Positions 23,266 through 32,473 of a DNA stretch of 37,934 bases are shown in pieces. This DNA comes from Thermoanaerobaculia bacterium. GTDB lineage: Bacteria > Acidobacteriota > Thermoanaerobaculia > UBA5066 > Gp7-AA6. Within the stretch, counting starts at the first letter, position 1, and each line of letters begins with the position of its first letter. The stretch is taken from positions 1-37,934 of the forward strand of contig JBBQDF010000001.1 in NCBI GenBank assembly GCA_038319475.1, in the 5' to 3' direction. Under the pieces are notes generated by a model that made no database searches, was not told where the DNA came from, and saw nothing but the letters and a program-made list of their open reading frames with translations. A program made the position numbers and the translations under genes.

Positions 23266-24533
23266 TAGCCGGTCGGGCGTGCAAGCCCTGAAATATAGGA
23301 TCCGCGCCGCGGGTTGTCCTGGAAAATCTGGAAGCTCGAGATGAGATACCAGATGAACCCCGCCGCGAGTCCCCCGGAGGCCGCGTAGATCGGGAACACG
23401 GTATCGTTGCCGATCTGGAAGTAGTCCACTTCCTGCGAGACGGCGCGCCCCCACGAGGAGAGCGAGAGGAAGTCGATACGAGTCGGATCCGCGTGGATCG
23501 AGGACTTGATCGGGACGCCCGCCATCGTCTTCACCTTGAAGAACGGCTCGAGCGCCTGATTCGGGTCGGAGCCCTTGATGATTTCCGAGAGCACGAAGCC
23601 GATGTCTTCGTAGGCGTGCTCCTGGGCGAGGTGCATGTACGCGACGAGATCGTCGGGCACGCCGTCGTTGCCGAGCACGAGGCGAATCTTGTTCAGCGCG
23701 AGTCGGACGTGAGTCGTCGTCAGCGCCGCGCTCCCCGCAACCACTTCGGGCGTCCGGATCTCGGGGTACGTGGCCCGATTGAGGTTGAGCCACGTGCCGC
23801 TGTTGGCCGAGCTCTGATGGTAGGGAATCCCGAAGAGAGACTGAGCCGTTCCGGAACCCGCGATGATGCCCTGGATGGTGATCACGTCGCCGGTCGCGGT
23901 GCTTGTCGCGATGACCGAGACCGTGACGGTGAGGGCCGCCGGGTCGATCGCCGTGACGATCATGGTGCCCGCCGCGTCCGATCCGCCCCCGGTGCGCTTG
24001 GTGGTCAGCGCCGCGGAAGTGAACGCGTAGATGTACTGACCCGAGTAGAACAGGGACGTGCCGAAACTGCCGGAAACCGTGATGACCACGCCGGCCACCG
24101 AGGCGACGGTCGCGAGGATGCCTCCGCCAGAGGTCTGACAGAGGACATCGAGTGCGGTGCGCATCTGCTTCATCGCAGATTTCGTCTCGCGCTGGACGAT
24201 TTTCTCGATGCCCTTCTCCGACGTGTTGGTCGAGATGTCCGTCTTCTTGGTGAGTTCCACGGCAAACTTGAAGTCCACCGGAGTCAGCGTGGCGACTTCG
24301 TAGAAGCTCGCCCCGCCGCGACCCATGTCGCCGCCGTCGAGAGACACCTGCCCGAACGATCCGCCGGGCCGAATCGCGAGTGGAATACGCATCGCTCGCG
24401 AGGAGACGGTTTCCTCGTCGGCCTTTTTCTCCAGCATGGAATAAAACGTGTCGTCGCGCTCGTAGAGGAGCGGGAGCTTGTCCCGGACCTTCTCGAGCTG
24501 CGTCGCCACGGTGTCTGCGTTGATCTGTGCCAT
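23262..24533 (-). CDS. major capsid protein (HK97-fold type)
   Basis: 423 aa, located directly after a scaffold-like gene, with GAGGATAG-ATG initiation. The composition and length are typical of tailed-phage MCPs. The call rests on context and overall resemblance, not on a searchable motif. Confidence 0.7.
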   Translation of the reverse strand: MAQINADTVATQLEKVRDKLPLLYERDDTFYSMLEKKADEETVSSRAMRIPLAIRPGGSFGQVSLDGGDMGRGGASFYEVATLTPVDFKFAVELTKKTDISTNTSEKGIEKIVQRETKSAMKQMRTALDVLCQTSGGGILATVASVAGVVITVSGSFGTSLFYSGQYIYAFTSAALTTKRTGGGSDAAGTMIVTAIDPAALTVTVSVIATSTATGDVITIQGIIAGSGTAQSLFGIPYHQSSANSGTWLNLNRATYPEIRTPEVVAGSAALTTTHVRLALNKIRLVLGNDGVPDDLVAYMHLAQEHAYEDIGFVLSEIIKGSDPNQALEPFFKVKTMAGVPIKSSIHADPTRIDFLSLSSWGRAVSQEVDYFQIGNDTVFPIYAASGGLAAGFIWYLISSFQIFQDNPRRGSYISGLARPTGY

Positions 24534-24550
24534 CTATCCTCTGGCCCGCG

Positions 24551-25879
24551 CTACCACGGCTCTTCCGACGCGGGAACTCCGCGCCGAATGCCGCTGCGTT
24601 GGGGCCTGGAAGGCGCGCCCGCTCCCGTTTGCGGCGTCCCGTGTGAGGGATTCGTCGCGCCGGGGTCGCGTTGCTGCGCCGATTTCATTTTTCGATCGCG
24701 TGCCTTCGTGTCCGAAGCGAATACGTCCCGCGAGTATTCAGTGACGACTCTTCGCGTCTCCTGACTCGCGAGAAATGCCGTCCGGCCCATCAGCCACGCG
24801 ACGACTTCGGCTTGATGCTTGTCGTCCAGATTCCCGCCTTGAAACTTCTGCTCCAGCAGGCCGCGGAACATCCGGCTCTTGCCGAGCTGCTCGTTGACCC
24901 CCTGGAGGACTTCCTTCGCGATCCGCTGCTTCGCCGCCTCGGTGAACGTGGAGTTCAGTCCGTCGATCTCTTTCGCGATCTGCGTCTGCAACCCGCCCAC
25001 GTGCGTCCGAACGACATCCGCGCCGAATCGGTCGTAAGCCTCCTGTCGTTGACTGGCGGCCTGAGCCTTGCGAGAGTCCTCGCCCTTCTGCCACTGCTCG
25101 TAGGCCCGAATCCTCGGGTCGTTGGAGGGAGCAGTCTGATCCGAGGGCTTCGCGAGCCCGAGCTCGGCCCGCATCTGCATCACCCGGTCGATCGCGTCCT
25201 CGTCTCCGCGCTCGCGAGCGAAGCGCTCGTAGCTGTCGAAGACGTTGCGCATGATCGGCTCCGAGAGCATGCGATAGTGCTGCGGGGCCATCTTGCCGAC
25301 AGAATCGGGAAAGCCCTTGACGAGAGCCTCGAGGCCCGCCGGGGCGGTCTGGCCCACGAACCGGACGAACTCTTCGGGCGTTCGCGTCGCGCCCTTCCAA
25401 GTCAGAGCGGTTTCGGCCAGCCCCACCGTCTCCTTCGCGTCTTGGAGGTTGGGAAAGAGGCTGTGAAACTCGCGAACCTCAGAGAACCCACCGGGGAACA
25501 TCTTCCCGACGGCCTTGTCGCGGTAAAACGCGGCTTTTAGGTCGGCGTGCTTTTTGAAGATGGGGCCAAAAGCCTCCGGCACGTCCTTCGGGTCGATCCA
25601 TTGCTCCACGTCGTCGGGCTTGGGCTCCTCGGCCGGCGGCGTCTGATCCGCTGGCTTCTCCTCCTGCCCTTCCTTCGGCGGCTGAACGACAGGCGTAGCC
25701 GGGACGGCGGGATCCCCGTCCTCTCCCTCTTCGGCCGGTGCCTCTCCCGACTGAGACTCTGCGCTCGGGAGCGCGAAAATCTCGTCGTCAGTCATGGAGC
25801 CCGTGTCGGGGCCGGACGTATCCGGCACATCGACGGACTCTGCCCCTGCCGGGACTCCTGCGATCACTTCATCAGGCAT
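24551..25879 (-). CDS. scaffolding-like protein
   Basis: Acidic, Pro/Glu-rich N-terminus followed by long helical charged regions. It lies immediately upstream of the MCP gene. SD GAGGAGAGCGA precedes the ATG. Confidence 0.5.
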   Translation of the reverse strand: MPDEVIAGVPAGAESVDVPDTSGPDTGSMTDDEIFALPSAESQSGEAPAEEGEDGDPAVPATPVVQPPKEGQEEKPADQTPPAEEPKPDDVEQWIDPKDVPEAFGPIFKKHADLKAAFYRDKAVGKMFPGGFSEVREFHSLFPNLQDAKETVGLAETALTWKGATRTPEEFVRFVGQTAPAGLEALVKGFPDSVGKMAPQHYRMLSEPIMRNVFDSYERFARERGDEDAIDRVMQMRAELGLAKPSDQTAPSNDPRIRAYEQWQKGEDSRKAQAASQRQEAYDRFGADVVRTHVGGLQTQIAKEIDGLNSTFTEAAKQRIAKEVLQGVNEQLGKSRMFRGLLEQKFQGGNLDDKHQAEVVAWLMGRTAFLASQETRRVVTEYSRDVFASDTKARDRKMKSAQQRDPGATNPSHGTPQTGAGAPSRPQRSGIRRGVPASEEPW

Positions 25880-25957
25880 TCGCTCTCCTCAAGCTCACCG
25901 CGTCTGTTTTTTGGCAGGAGTGCAGCTCTCCCACGGCGAGCAAACTCGATTCAGGTT

Positions 25958-26104
25958 TTACCGACCCAAAGGGACTCCGTGCAGCAGCGTCGCGAGCAGG
26001 CCCGTCCAGAACATGATTCGGCCGATCTCGTTCAACTTCGCGTTCAGCACGAGCACATACATCAACAGGCCGACGAGGCAGACGATCGCGGGCAGATAGA
26101 GCAT
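25958..26104 (-). CDS. 48-aa two-TM membrane protein
   Basis: ATG 26104 follows GGGAGGA. Product: MLYLPAIVCLVGLLMYVLVLNAKLNEIGRIMFWTGLLATLLHGVPLGR. Confidence 0.45.
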   Translation of the reverse strand: MLYLPAIVCLVGLLMYVLVLNAKLNEIGRIMFWTGLLATLLHGVPLGR

Positions 26105-26117
26105 GTGATCCTCCCGA

Positions 26118-27953
26118 TTAGTTCGGCACTCCGAGCCCACTCGTCGGAATGACGATGAAGGCTGTGAACTCCGGCGCGGTCGTAACGACCGTCGTTTCGC
26201 TCCATCCGTTGGGCTGCGCGCCCGTGTGGGTCGCGGCTGACGTGTCGAAGGTGAACGAGACGCCCGTCGAGAACGTCCCCGACTGGATCGCTCCGAGCCC
26301 CCAATTCAACCCGTCATAGACGTCGAACGTCTGGCCGGAGAGCATGCCGCAGGAGTCGATATTGATCGCCTTCGTGCTCGTCGGCGTGTTCGGCCGATAG
26401 ACGTAGATGTTGCAGCGGCCCTTCTCGTAACGGTTCGGGCGAATGAAAGGGGCGGGGCTCGCCGCCGCTCTCCACTGCGCGTTAGTCTGGTAGAGGTTGC
26501 CGCTGACGCCGGAGGCCGGGCAGGTCGTGCAGTTGACGATCGGCGTCGAGGCGATGATGGTGTTGCCCGTGAAAATCTCCCCGGTGATCGTCTGTGAGAG
26601 AAGTCCGCCGCCAAAGCCGCCCGTGCTCTGGTTCGCATCGGAAACGTGATACTCGTTTTGGATTCTCGGCAAGTACGCGCCCGCGTCATATCCGACGTTG
26701 ACCGTCGAGGTCGCGCCCTTTCCAGTCGTCATAGCGTTGTAGGTGAAATTGTTCCGCAACGTGCCTCCCTGCGAGGGATGCCCGACGTTGCCCGTCCCGA
26801 CGAGAAAGTTGTAGGAGCGGGTCAGGTAGCGGGCCAGCAAGCCAGGGTTTACGGAGAGGTTTCCCTCCGCCGTTTCCCAATCGACGTTTCCGCTGGAGCT
26901 GTAGACGTGGAGGTCGTTGTTCCAGTTGTCGTGCATGATGTTGTCAAAAAAGCGCCGATTGCCAACGATGTTCTGCGAGTAGACGGCAACGCCGCGATTG
27001 TTCGACTGCGCGATCGTCGTGTGCGCCGTCGCGGTGCAGCCGCCGGAGAAGTTGACGATGGGTGGCTTGGAGACTTGAGTCGCGTAGCCGTCCCAATAAA
27101 GCGAGCCACAGGTGCCCGGATACGCGCCGCAGTCCATGCCGTTGGCCTGATAGCCGGAGGAGGTCGCGGCCGTAAACCCGGTGACCGCGCCGCCCGACGT
27201 TGTCGCGGTCGGAGCCACTGCGCCGGTGCCGGTCGTATCGCCCGAAGCGGCCGTAAAGGAAACCACCGTGCTCGTGCAACCGGCTCCGCCCGTGTCGAGA
27301 AGAACGCCGCTCACATAGGCCGGCGTGCCGTCGTTGCCCATGTGGAAGAACTGGCTCCCGTAGATTTCCCAGCCCGTGCCCGAGTCGGCCCCGAAGATCG
27401 AGAGGCCGCTCGTCAGGTTGTCAACAACGCAGTTGATGATGCGGTTATTGATGTACGGCCCGCCGCCGGAATGGGAGTAGAGGCCGCCGGAGCGCGTCAA
27501 GCCGTTCGAGTAAGACGACGGCAGGGGAACACCCTCGCGGCGCGTCTCGGTGCTCGAGGACGTGAAGCGCAGGCCCCAAAGCCAGACGTTCGAGGCGAAG
27601 AATTCGACCGCGACGCGGCCGTCCGTGATCGTCGAGGCGGCGAAGTCGATCACCGGGAACTCGCCAGGATAGGCGCGGTAGACGACCGGGGCCTGAGCCG
27701 TTCCCGACTTCGAGAACTGAAGCATCGGGTTATTGCCGAGCCCCGCGGCGGGTAGCGAGTACGTCCCGCCACGCAACCAGTAGGTGTCTCCGGCGGCCGA
27801 AGGGCCACAGGTGCCGTTCTTGGCCGTCGCGATACCACACGGGGACGCCTTGGAGCCCGTCGTGCCAGAGCCCGAGGTCGACACGAACCAAGTCGCCGCA
27901 TCGGCCTGCCCGGCCGCGAGAAGAAGCGTGAGAGCGAAGAGGGCTTTCTTCAT
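26118..27953 (-). CDS. secreted right-handed beta-helix (pectate-lyase-fold) protein, putative polysaccharide depolymerase
   Basis: MKKALFALTLLLAAGQADA|ATWFVSTSGSGTTG...GDTYWLRGGTY has the N-terminal pattern of DUF1565/beta-helix proteins. Repeated NxxI/V...G turns are present. The junction with the upstream gene is GTGATG. Confidence 0.7.
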   Translation of the reverse strand: MKKALFALTLLLAAGQADAATWFVSTSGSGTTGSKASPCGIATAKNGTCGPSAAGDTYWLRGGTYSLPAAGLGNNPMLQFSKSGTAQAPVVYRAYPGEFPVIDFAASTITDGRVAVEFFASNVWLWGLRFTSSSTETRREGVPLPSSYSNGLTRSGGLYSHSGGGPYINNRIINCVVDNLTSGLSIFGADSGTGWEIYGSQFFHMGNDGTPAYVSGVLLDTGGAGCTSTVVSFTAASGDTTGTGAVAPTATTSGGAVTGFTAATSSGYQANGMDCGAYPGTCGSLYWDGYATQVSKPPIVNFSGGCTATAHTTIAQSNNRGVAVYSQNIVGNRRFFDNIMHDNWNNDLHVYSSSGNVDWETAEGNLSVNPGLLARYLTRSYNFLVGTGNVGHPSQGGTLRNNFTYNAMTTGKGATSTVNVGYDAGAYLPRIQNEYHVSDANQSTGGFGGGLLSQTITGEIFTGNTIIASTPIVNCTTCPASGVSGNLYQTNAQWRAAASPAPFIRPNRYEKGRCNIYVYRPNTPTSTKAINIDSCGMLSGQTFDVYDGLNWGLGAIQSGTFSTGVSFTFDTSAATHTGAQPNGWSETTVVTTAPEFTAFIVIPTSGLGVPN

Positions 27954-29062
27954 CACGAGGTCGGCGCGACGAAGGTGTCGAAAAAGACGGAGATCCGGAC
28001 GACGCCGGTCGCCGCGCCGGGCGTCGCGTTGGGGGTGATCCGAATCTTGACCGCCGAGGTCTGCACGGGGCCAGCCGCCGACGTATTCGTCGGGTCCATG
28101 TGGAGCAGGCCGACCGCCGTGGTGTTCGCGGCAACCGCTACGCCCGTAGCAAACCGCGCGGGAGTTGTCGCATCGCCGACCGTGAACGTCGCGGCGGTCG
28201 GGATGGCGGTCGTGACGCGGACGACGACGGCACGAATGATGGAGTTGGCCGGGAGCAAGTTGCCGACCGTGTCGGTAGATGTCGCGGCGGCGATTGTCAA
28301 GAGCTCGTTGATCTCGCCGCGCTGCCAGTATTGGCCGTTGCCGGTGCCGCCCGGGCCGACGTAGATATTCTTGACCGAGTTGGCCGTGGAGCCGAGGTCC
28401 TTCGATCCGTTGGGAACCATAGACGAAGCACCCATAGAGAAGATGGACGCGCCTCCGATCTGGAACCGAATGTTGTTGTCGGAGCCGAGGTTGAGCCCGT
28501 TCTCCGTCCCGGTGCCGCCCTTCGTCGAGAGAATCTGAACTTGGTTTGACCCCTGCGCGAAGTTCACCGCGAGCTTGTGGTAGTTGACCGGAGTCGTGTC
28601 CGAGTCCGTCGTCTCGTAAATTTCGAACGCCTGGTTATTCGTCAAGGCGATCTCGCGAATCGTGTTCGCGCCCGAGGGGCGCAGGTTGGCGAGGTCGAAG
28701 GTGAGCGTTCCGGCGGCGAAGCGCGGGAGACCTGTGACTCCGGAAACGTCCTGACCGAACGCGCCCTGCGTCAGCGGGAAGGTGCCCGAAGTCACGTCGC
28801 CTGCCGCGTGGGTGTGGACGCCGATCTGGGCCGCCGCAATCGTCGTGATGCCCTGAATGGTCGTGGCGTTGGTCCACTGCGCGATCTGGTTGGCGACGGG
28901 GGTCCCGCTGATTGCCACCGCGCCGCCACCACCGCCGCCGGGGGTGTCGATGCGTTTCGCCGCAGAAGAGGCGATGATCGCGGCCGATTGCTGTTGAGCA
29001 AGGCCGCTCGAGGAAACAAGAAGGGCGGTCAGAGCCGCCAGGATCAGCGCGGTTTTTTTCAG
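27953..29062 (-). CDS. signal-peptide, tail-fibre-like protein (369 aa), apparent CTG start
   Basis: The track ORF starts at GTG 28918. Forty-eight open upstream codons encode LKKTALILAALTALLVSSSGLAQQ..., a Sec signal peptide, with no ATG/GTG/TTG. CTG 29062 overlaps the TGA of a mini-ORF (ATGAGCTGA). The HTHAAGDVTSGTFPL motif resembles phage fibre proteins. Confidence 0.6.
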   Translation of the reverse strand: MKKTALILAALTALLVSSSGLAQQQSAAIIASSAAKRIDTPGGGGGGAVAISGTPVANQIAQWTNATTIQGITTIAAAQIGVHTHAAGDVTSGTFPLTQGAFGQDVSGVTGLPRFAAGTLTFDLANLRPSGANTIREIALTNNQAFEIYETTDSDTTPVNYHKLAVNFAQGSNQVQILSTKGGTGTENGLNLGSDNNIRFQIGGASIFSMGASSMVPNGSKDLGSTANSVKNIYVGPGGTGNGQYWQRGEINELLTIAAATSTDTVGNLLPANSIIRAVVVRVTTAIPTAATFTVGDATTPARFATGVAVAANTTAVGLLHMDPTNTSAAGPVQTSAVKIRITPNATPGAATGVVRISVFFDTFVAPTS

Positions 29063-29096
29063 CTCATATACCCGCCTTTCTCAGGGTCGCCCCCGA

Positions 29097-29729
29097 TCAC
29101 CAAATCCGAGCGTTGCCCCGATACGCTTCGATCACGCCGTAGATGCTCCCCGCGGACCACACGCTCACGCGGATCCGCACGACGCCGGTACACGGGACGC
29201 TCCAGAGCTCCCCGGTCGCGGACGGAGCGACAATCGACGCGGCGATGAACGAAGGCGTGGGAGGCGCGACACGGTTCGGGTCGGTCGAAGCGTTGCCCGT
29301 CGGGTTAGCGCTCTGCTCGATCACGACCGTCGAGCCCGCGGCACCTGCGAGACTCCACACCTGCGCGAAGCAGCGATCCGCTTGCGAAACGTCGTACCAA
29401 GCAGAGGTGTACGTGGCCGTTGCGCCGAGCGATTGGATCGTGCCGCCCGCCGTATACGCGCCATTCCCGACCGAGCCGGAAAGCGTGCACGTCGTTCCTG
29501 AGACGGCCGAGCATTGCCAGAGCCCATTTGCGGCCGTGTTGCCCTGGACGCCCGCCACCACCACCCAGTCGTTGATCGCGAACGTGTTCGCCGCGTCGGT
29601 GACGACGATCGGCGACGCGTTGGTCGCATTCGAGATCGCGAGCGACGGACCCCGCAGCGCCGAGACGGCCGCCTCCGCCGGGAGCGTCAGTCCGAGAGCA
29701 AGAGCCAGAGCGAGCAGAAACTTTCGCAT
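29097..29729 (-). CDS. signal-peptide protein with a fibre-type module (210 aa)
   Basis: ATG 29729 follows TAGGAGAAA. MRKFLLALALALGLTLPAEA|AV is a signal peptide. FAINDWVVVAGVQGNTAANGLWQCSAVSGTTCTL is shared with the 16498..17970 fibre gene. Confidence 0.6.
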   Translation of the reverse strand: MRKFLLALALALGLTLPAEAAVSALRGPSLAISNATNASPIVVTDAANTFAINDWVVVAGVQGNTAANGLWQCSAVSGTTCTLSGSVGNGAYTAGGTIQSLGATATYTSAWYDVSQADRCFAQVWSLAGAAGSTVVIEQSANPTGNASTDPNRVAPPTPSFIAASIVAPSATGELWSVPCTGVVRIRVSVWSAGSIYGVIEAYRGNARIW

Positions 29730-29740
29730 CGGGGTTTCTC

Positions 29741-32068
29741 CTACTGCACCGGAGGTGCGGTTTGATCGTCGCCCGGAGCGCCACCGGGCGTCTCGGGCGG
29801 AACGGCCGTAGCCTGCTGAGCCTGCAAGATCGTCGCGCACTCATCCAGTCGCATCCGCAGCGCCATCCACACGTCGGGCCGCGTCTGCCGCGTCTCCTGC
29901 CCCGCGTCCGACGCCGCCCACTCGCGGATCGTCGCCGCGATCACCTGCGCGTCGTCCATCATCGGATCGACTGGAGGCATCCCGGCCGGCCCTTCCTGAA
30001 TCGCGCGCGAGATCACCCGAAGCTCCGACTCCCGCTCCGACGCGCCGGGAATCTCGATCTCGTCGGCCATCCCGGAGTACTTGAAAAACGTCTCCGCGTT
30101 GGACGGCCGCGCGAAAAGCGCAGCGAATGCGGGGTTGGCCGACGCGGCCTCGACCGCCTGCCGCCGCTTCTCGAACGTCACCGGATACGCCTCCGTCACG
30201 TCCGGGTAGGCGCGAATGTTGCCCTTCAATTCGTCCAAGCGGATGAGCTTGGAATCGAGAGTCCCGGCCGGGCCCATCACGGCGATCTTCACGTCCGCGG
30301 GCCGGTTCTCCTTGAAGCACTCGACCGCCATCCCGTCGATGTCCGCGAGGAATCCAACCATCGTGCGCCACAGCAGCCCGATCCGGCCGAGCCCCTGATC
30401 CCGCTGATCCGCGATCCCCGCGGCCGTGTCGTTGCCGCCCGTGTCGCCGCCGAAGATCGCCGGAAACGCCCCGACGAGAAACTGCCCGATCTCCGACCGC
30501 AGCTCTCGCAAATATTCCGGAATGAACTGGGAGAGCGTCGCCGGCTGCGTCTGGAAGAAGTCGCCCGGCAGGCTCCCACCCTCCGACGGCATCGCCCCGA
30601 ACACGAGCCCAGGGATCGACCCTGCCTCGCGGAATGCGGCGATGTCCAGCGTGTCCGAATTGACGAACAGCGCCGGGATCCCGTACTCCGCCGTCTCGTA
30701 GAGGATATTCGAGAGCGCGTTGTACTGCTTCTGCACCGGGATCAGCGACGAGCCGACGGCCTCGCGGTTCTGGCCCTCGCCAGGGAAGGCGTGAACCACC
30801 TTCCACCGCTTGTCCATTTCGTCCTCTTCCGCCTCGCAGTACGTGTCGCCGCAGAACGTGACCTTGACGCCCTTCGGGAATCGCCGCAGCAGTTCCGCAC
30901 GGATCGTCTCGTCCTTCACCGCATAGAACGCCCACGGCCGGAACCACGTGCGCCGCAGCGGCAGAAGCACCTGCCCGAGCTTCCCGCCCGCTCGAGCCGG
31001 GCCCGTGCCGGATTCCAAAAGCGCGATGTTCGTGCTCTTCTCGTACGCCTGCGCCGAGGCCGCCTCGCCCCCGCCGCTGCCCGAGTCGCCCGACTTGTCA
31101 ATCCGCTTCTCGATCCACGGATAGGTCGCGATAACCCGCGCCTTGTGGAAGTAGCCCGAGTAGGTCAGAAACGGGTACTGATCCTGCTCCTGCGCGTAGG
31201 TCGGCAGCACGAGGTTCAGAAACGAGACGAGCTCCAACATTTCCTGTCCACGTGGCGTGCGGTCGATCATCTGCTGCCCGGTCGTGGGATCCATCGCGGG
31301 AGCCGTGAACGTGACCGGCTCGCCCTCGCGCATCGTGGATGGGTCCAGCGGCGTCCCACACTCCGGGCACGTCGGCTGCGTCTGGCCCGGATCGGGCGCA
31401 GGCACGGGACCGCTCACCCCACAGTCGGTGCACGTCGCGACCGGATCGCCGGGCTTCGTCTGGAGCTCCGTCCGGGGCGTCTCGTCCACCCCGTACTTCT
31501 GCTCGTCCGCGACGTAGCGCACAAAGCCCGCGCAGCCGCCGTCGTTGAACAGATAAAACATGATGTCCTGAAGGAGCTTGGGAATCGGGTTGTTGCGCCG
31601 GAAGAGTTGCGCCACGTCCGTCGCCGCCTTCGAGGTCGCCACGTCCGAATGGTTCTCAGGATCCGCCGGCATCCACTTCGTGCGCGGATTGCCCTCCGTC
31701 AAAACCGAGATCAGCGTGAGCCCGAACGCCTGATAGAGGTTCGTCACGTGCTGATACCGCGGCATCATGTCGAGTTCTTTGTCGGTGAGCTTGTCCTGGC
31801 CGGGGATCTTGAACTGCCCTGTACGCTCGTCGAAAAAGTAGTAGTGGAGCCCCTTCCACATTTCGCGGGCCTCGCGGATCTTCCTCAGATCGTCGCGGCG
31901 CGCGACGGAGACCTCAGCCTCGAAGTCGTAGACGAGTTTCCGCAGCGCCGTAACGCCTTCGGCCCACTCCTTCTCGAGATCGGGATTTTTCCCCGGCGAT
32001 GGCGTCCCCGGCGAGGTGCCCGCAAGATCGACGGGCTCGGGAGGTTGAGGCTGATAGGCGCTGGACAG
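29741..32068 (-). CDS. portal protein (putative), apparent CTG start adding 69 N-terminal residues
   Basis: The large ORF lies downstream of the terminase, and size and position fit a portal. The track start is ATG 31861, but the frame stays open for 69 more codons (LSSAYQPQPPEPV...EKEWAEGVTALRKLVYDFEAEVSVARRDDLRKIREARE), with G/C predominating at third positions, up to AGGGGGATAG-CTG at 32068. Confidence 0.6.
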   Translation of the reverse strand: MSSAYQPQPPEPVDLAGTSPGTPSPGKNPDLEKEWAEGVTALRKLVYDFEAEVSVARRDDLRKIREAREMWKGLHYYFFDERTGQFKIPGQDKLTDKELDMMPRYQHVTNLYQAFGLTLISVLTEGNPRTKWMPADPENHSDVATSKAATDVAQLFRRNNPIPKLLQDIMFYLFNDGGCAGFVRYVADEQKYGVDETPRTELQTKPGDPVATCTDCGVSGPVPAPDPGQTQPTCPECGTPLDPSTMREGEPVTFTAPAMDPTTGQQMIDRTPRGQEMLELVSFLNLVLPTYAQEQDQYPFLTYSGYFHKARVIATYPWIEKRIDKSGDSGSGGGEAASAQAYEKSTNIALLESGTGPARAGGKLGQVLLPLRRTWFRPWAFYAVKDETIRAELLRRFPKGVKVTFCGDTYCEAEEDEMDKRWKVVHAFPGEGQNREAVGSSLIPVQKQYNALSNILYETAEYGIPALFVNSDTLDIAAFREAGSIPGLVFGAMPSEGGSLPGDFFQTQPATLSQFIPEYLRELRSEIGQFLVGAFPAIFGGDTGGNDTAAGIADQRDQGLGRIGLLWRTMVGFLADIDGMAVECFKENRPADVKIAVMGPAGTLDSKLIRLDELKGNIRAYPDVTEAYPVTFEKRRQAVEAASANPAFAALFARPSNAETFFKYSGMADEIEIPGASERESELRVISRAIQEGPAGMPPVDPMMDDAQVIAATIREWAASDAGQETRQTRPDVWMALRMRLDECATILQAQQATAVPPETPGGAPGDDQTAPPVQ

Positions 32069-32078
32069 CTATCCCCCT
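32066..32078 (-). promoter_or_regulatory. translation-initiation motif AGGGGGATAG-CTG (copy 2)
   Basis: Identical 13-mer to 4600-4612. Here the TAG is the stop of the 32069..32473 gene. Confidence 0.5.
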
Positions 32079-32473
32079 GCCGAAGGACGCGCCGCCGCGG
32101 CGGGATCCGTCATTCCGGGCACCGGATCGCTCCAGTCGCCACCGGCCGCCGTCTCCGCGTCCGATTTCGCCTGGAGGCGCTGCACGAGCTCGTCGCCGCG
32201 GATCGGCCGGAACCCGCGAGGCTTCGACGCGCCCGTCGGAAACGCGATGTTGTGGCCGGATGGCGATTTCTGCGAGAGGTACATCCCCTCCCACTTGTCC
32301 GCACGGGCCCGCTCCGCGTTGACGAGCGAAACCCACCGCGTGCGCTCGAAGGCGACATCCTTCTCGAGCTTCGTCACGAGCGCCGCGAGCGTCTCGAACG
32401 CGAGCCGCGACACCCACGGCCAGAAAATCCGCTTCGGTCGCGCGACGACGGGAGCCGGAGTCGGCTCGCTCAT
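32069..32473 (-). CDS. hypothetical protein (134 aa)
   Basis: ORF-track ORF with an ATGA overlap at 32473/32470. Confidence 0.55.
   Translation of the reverse strand: MSEPTPAPVVARPKRIFWPWVSRLAFETLAALVTKLEKDVAFERTRWVSLVNAERARADKWEGMYLSQKSPSGHNIAFPTGASKPRGFRPIRGDELVQRLQAKSDAETAAGGDWSDPVPGMTDPAAAARPSAGG

Noticed and set aside
12817-32071. TAG reassignment or read-through, since four adjacent gene pairs are in the same frame separated only by TAG (32069, 21523, 20421, 12817).
   Set aside because: Most TAGs coincide with clean gene boundaries followed by an SD and ATG (for example GGAGGTGGCTAGATG). No gene needs an internal TAG. No tRNA-like element has a CUA anticodon. Read-through at 32069 and 21523 cannot be formally excluded.
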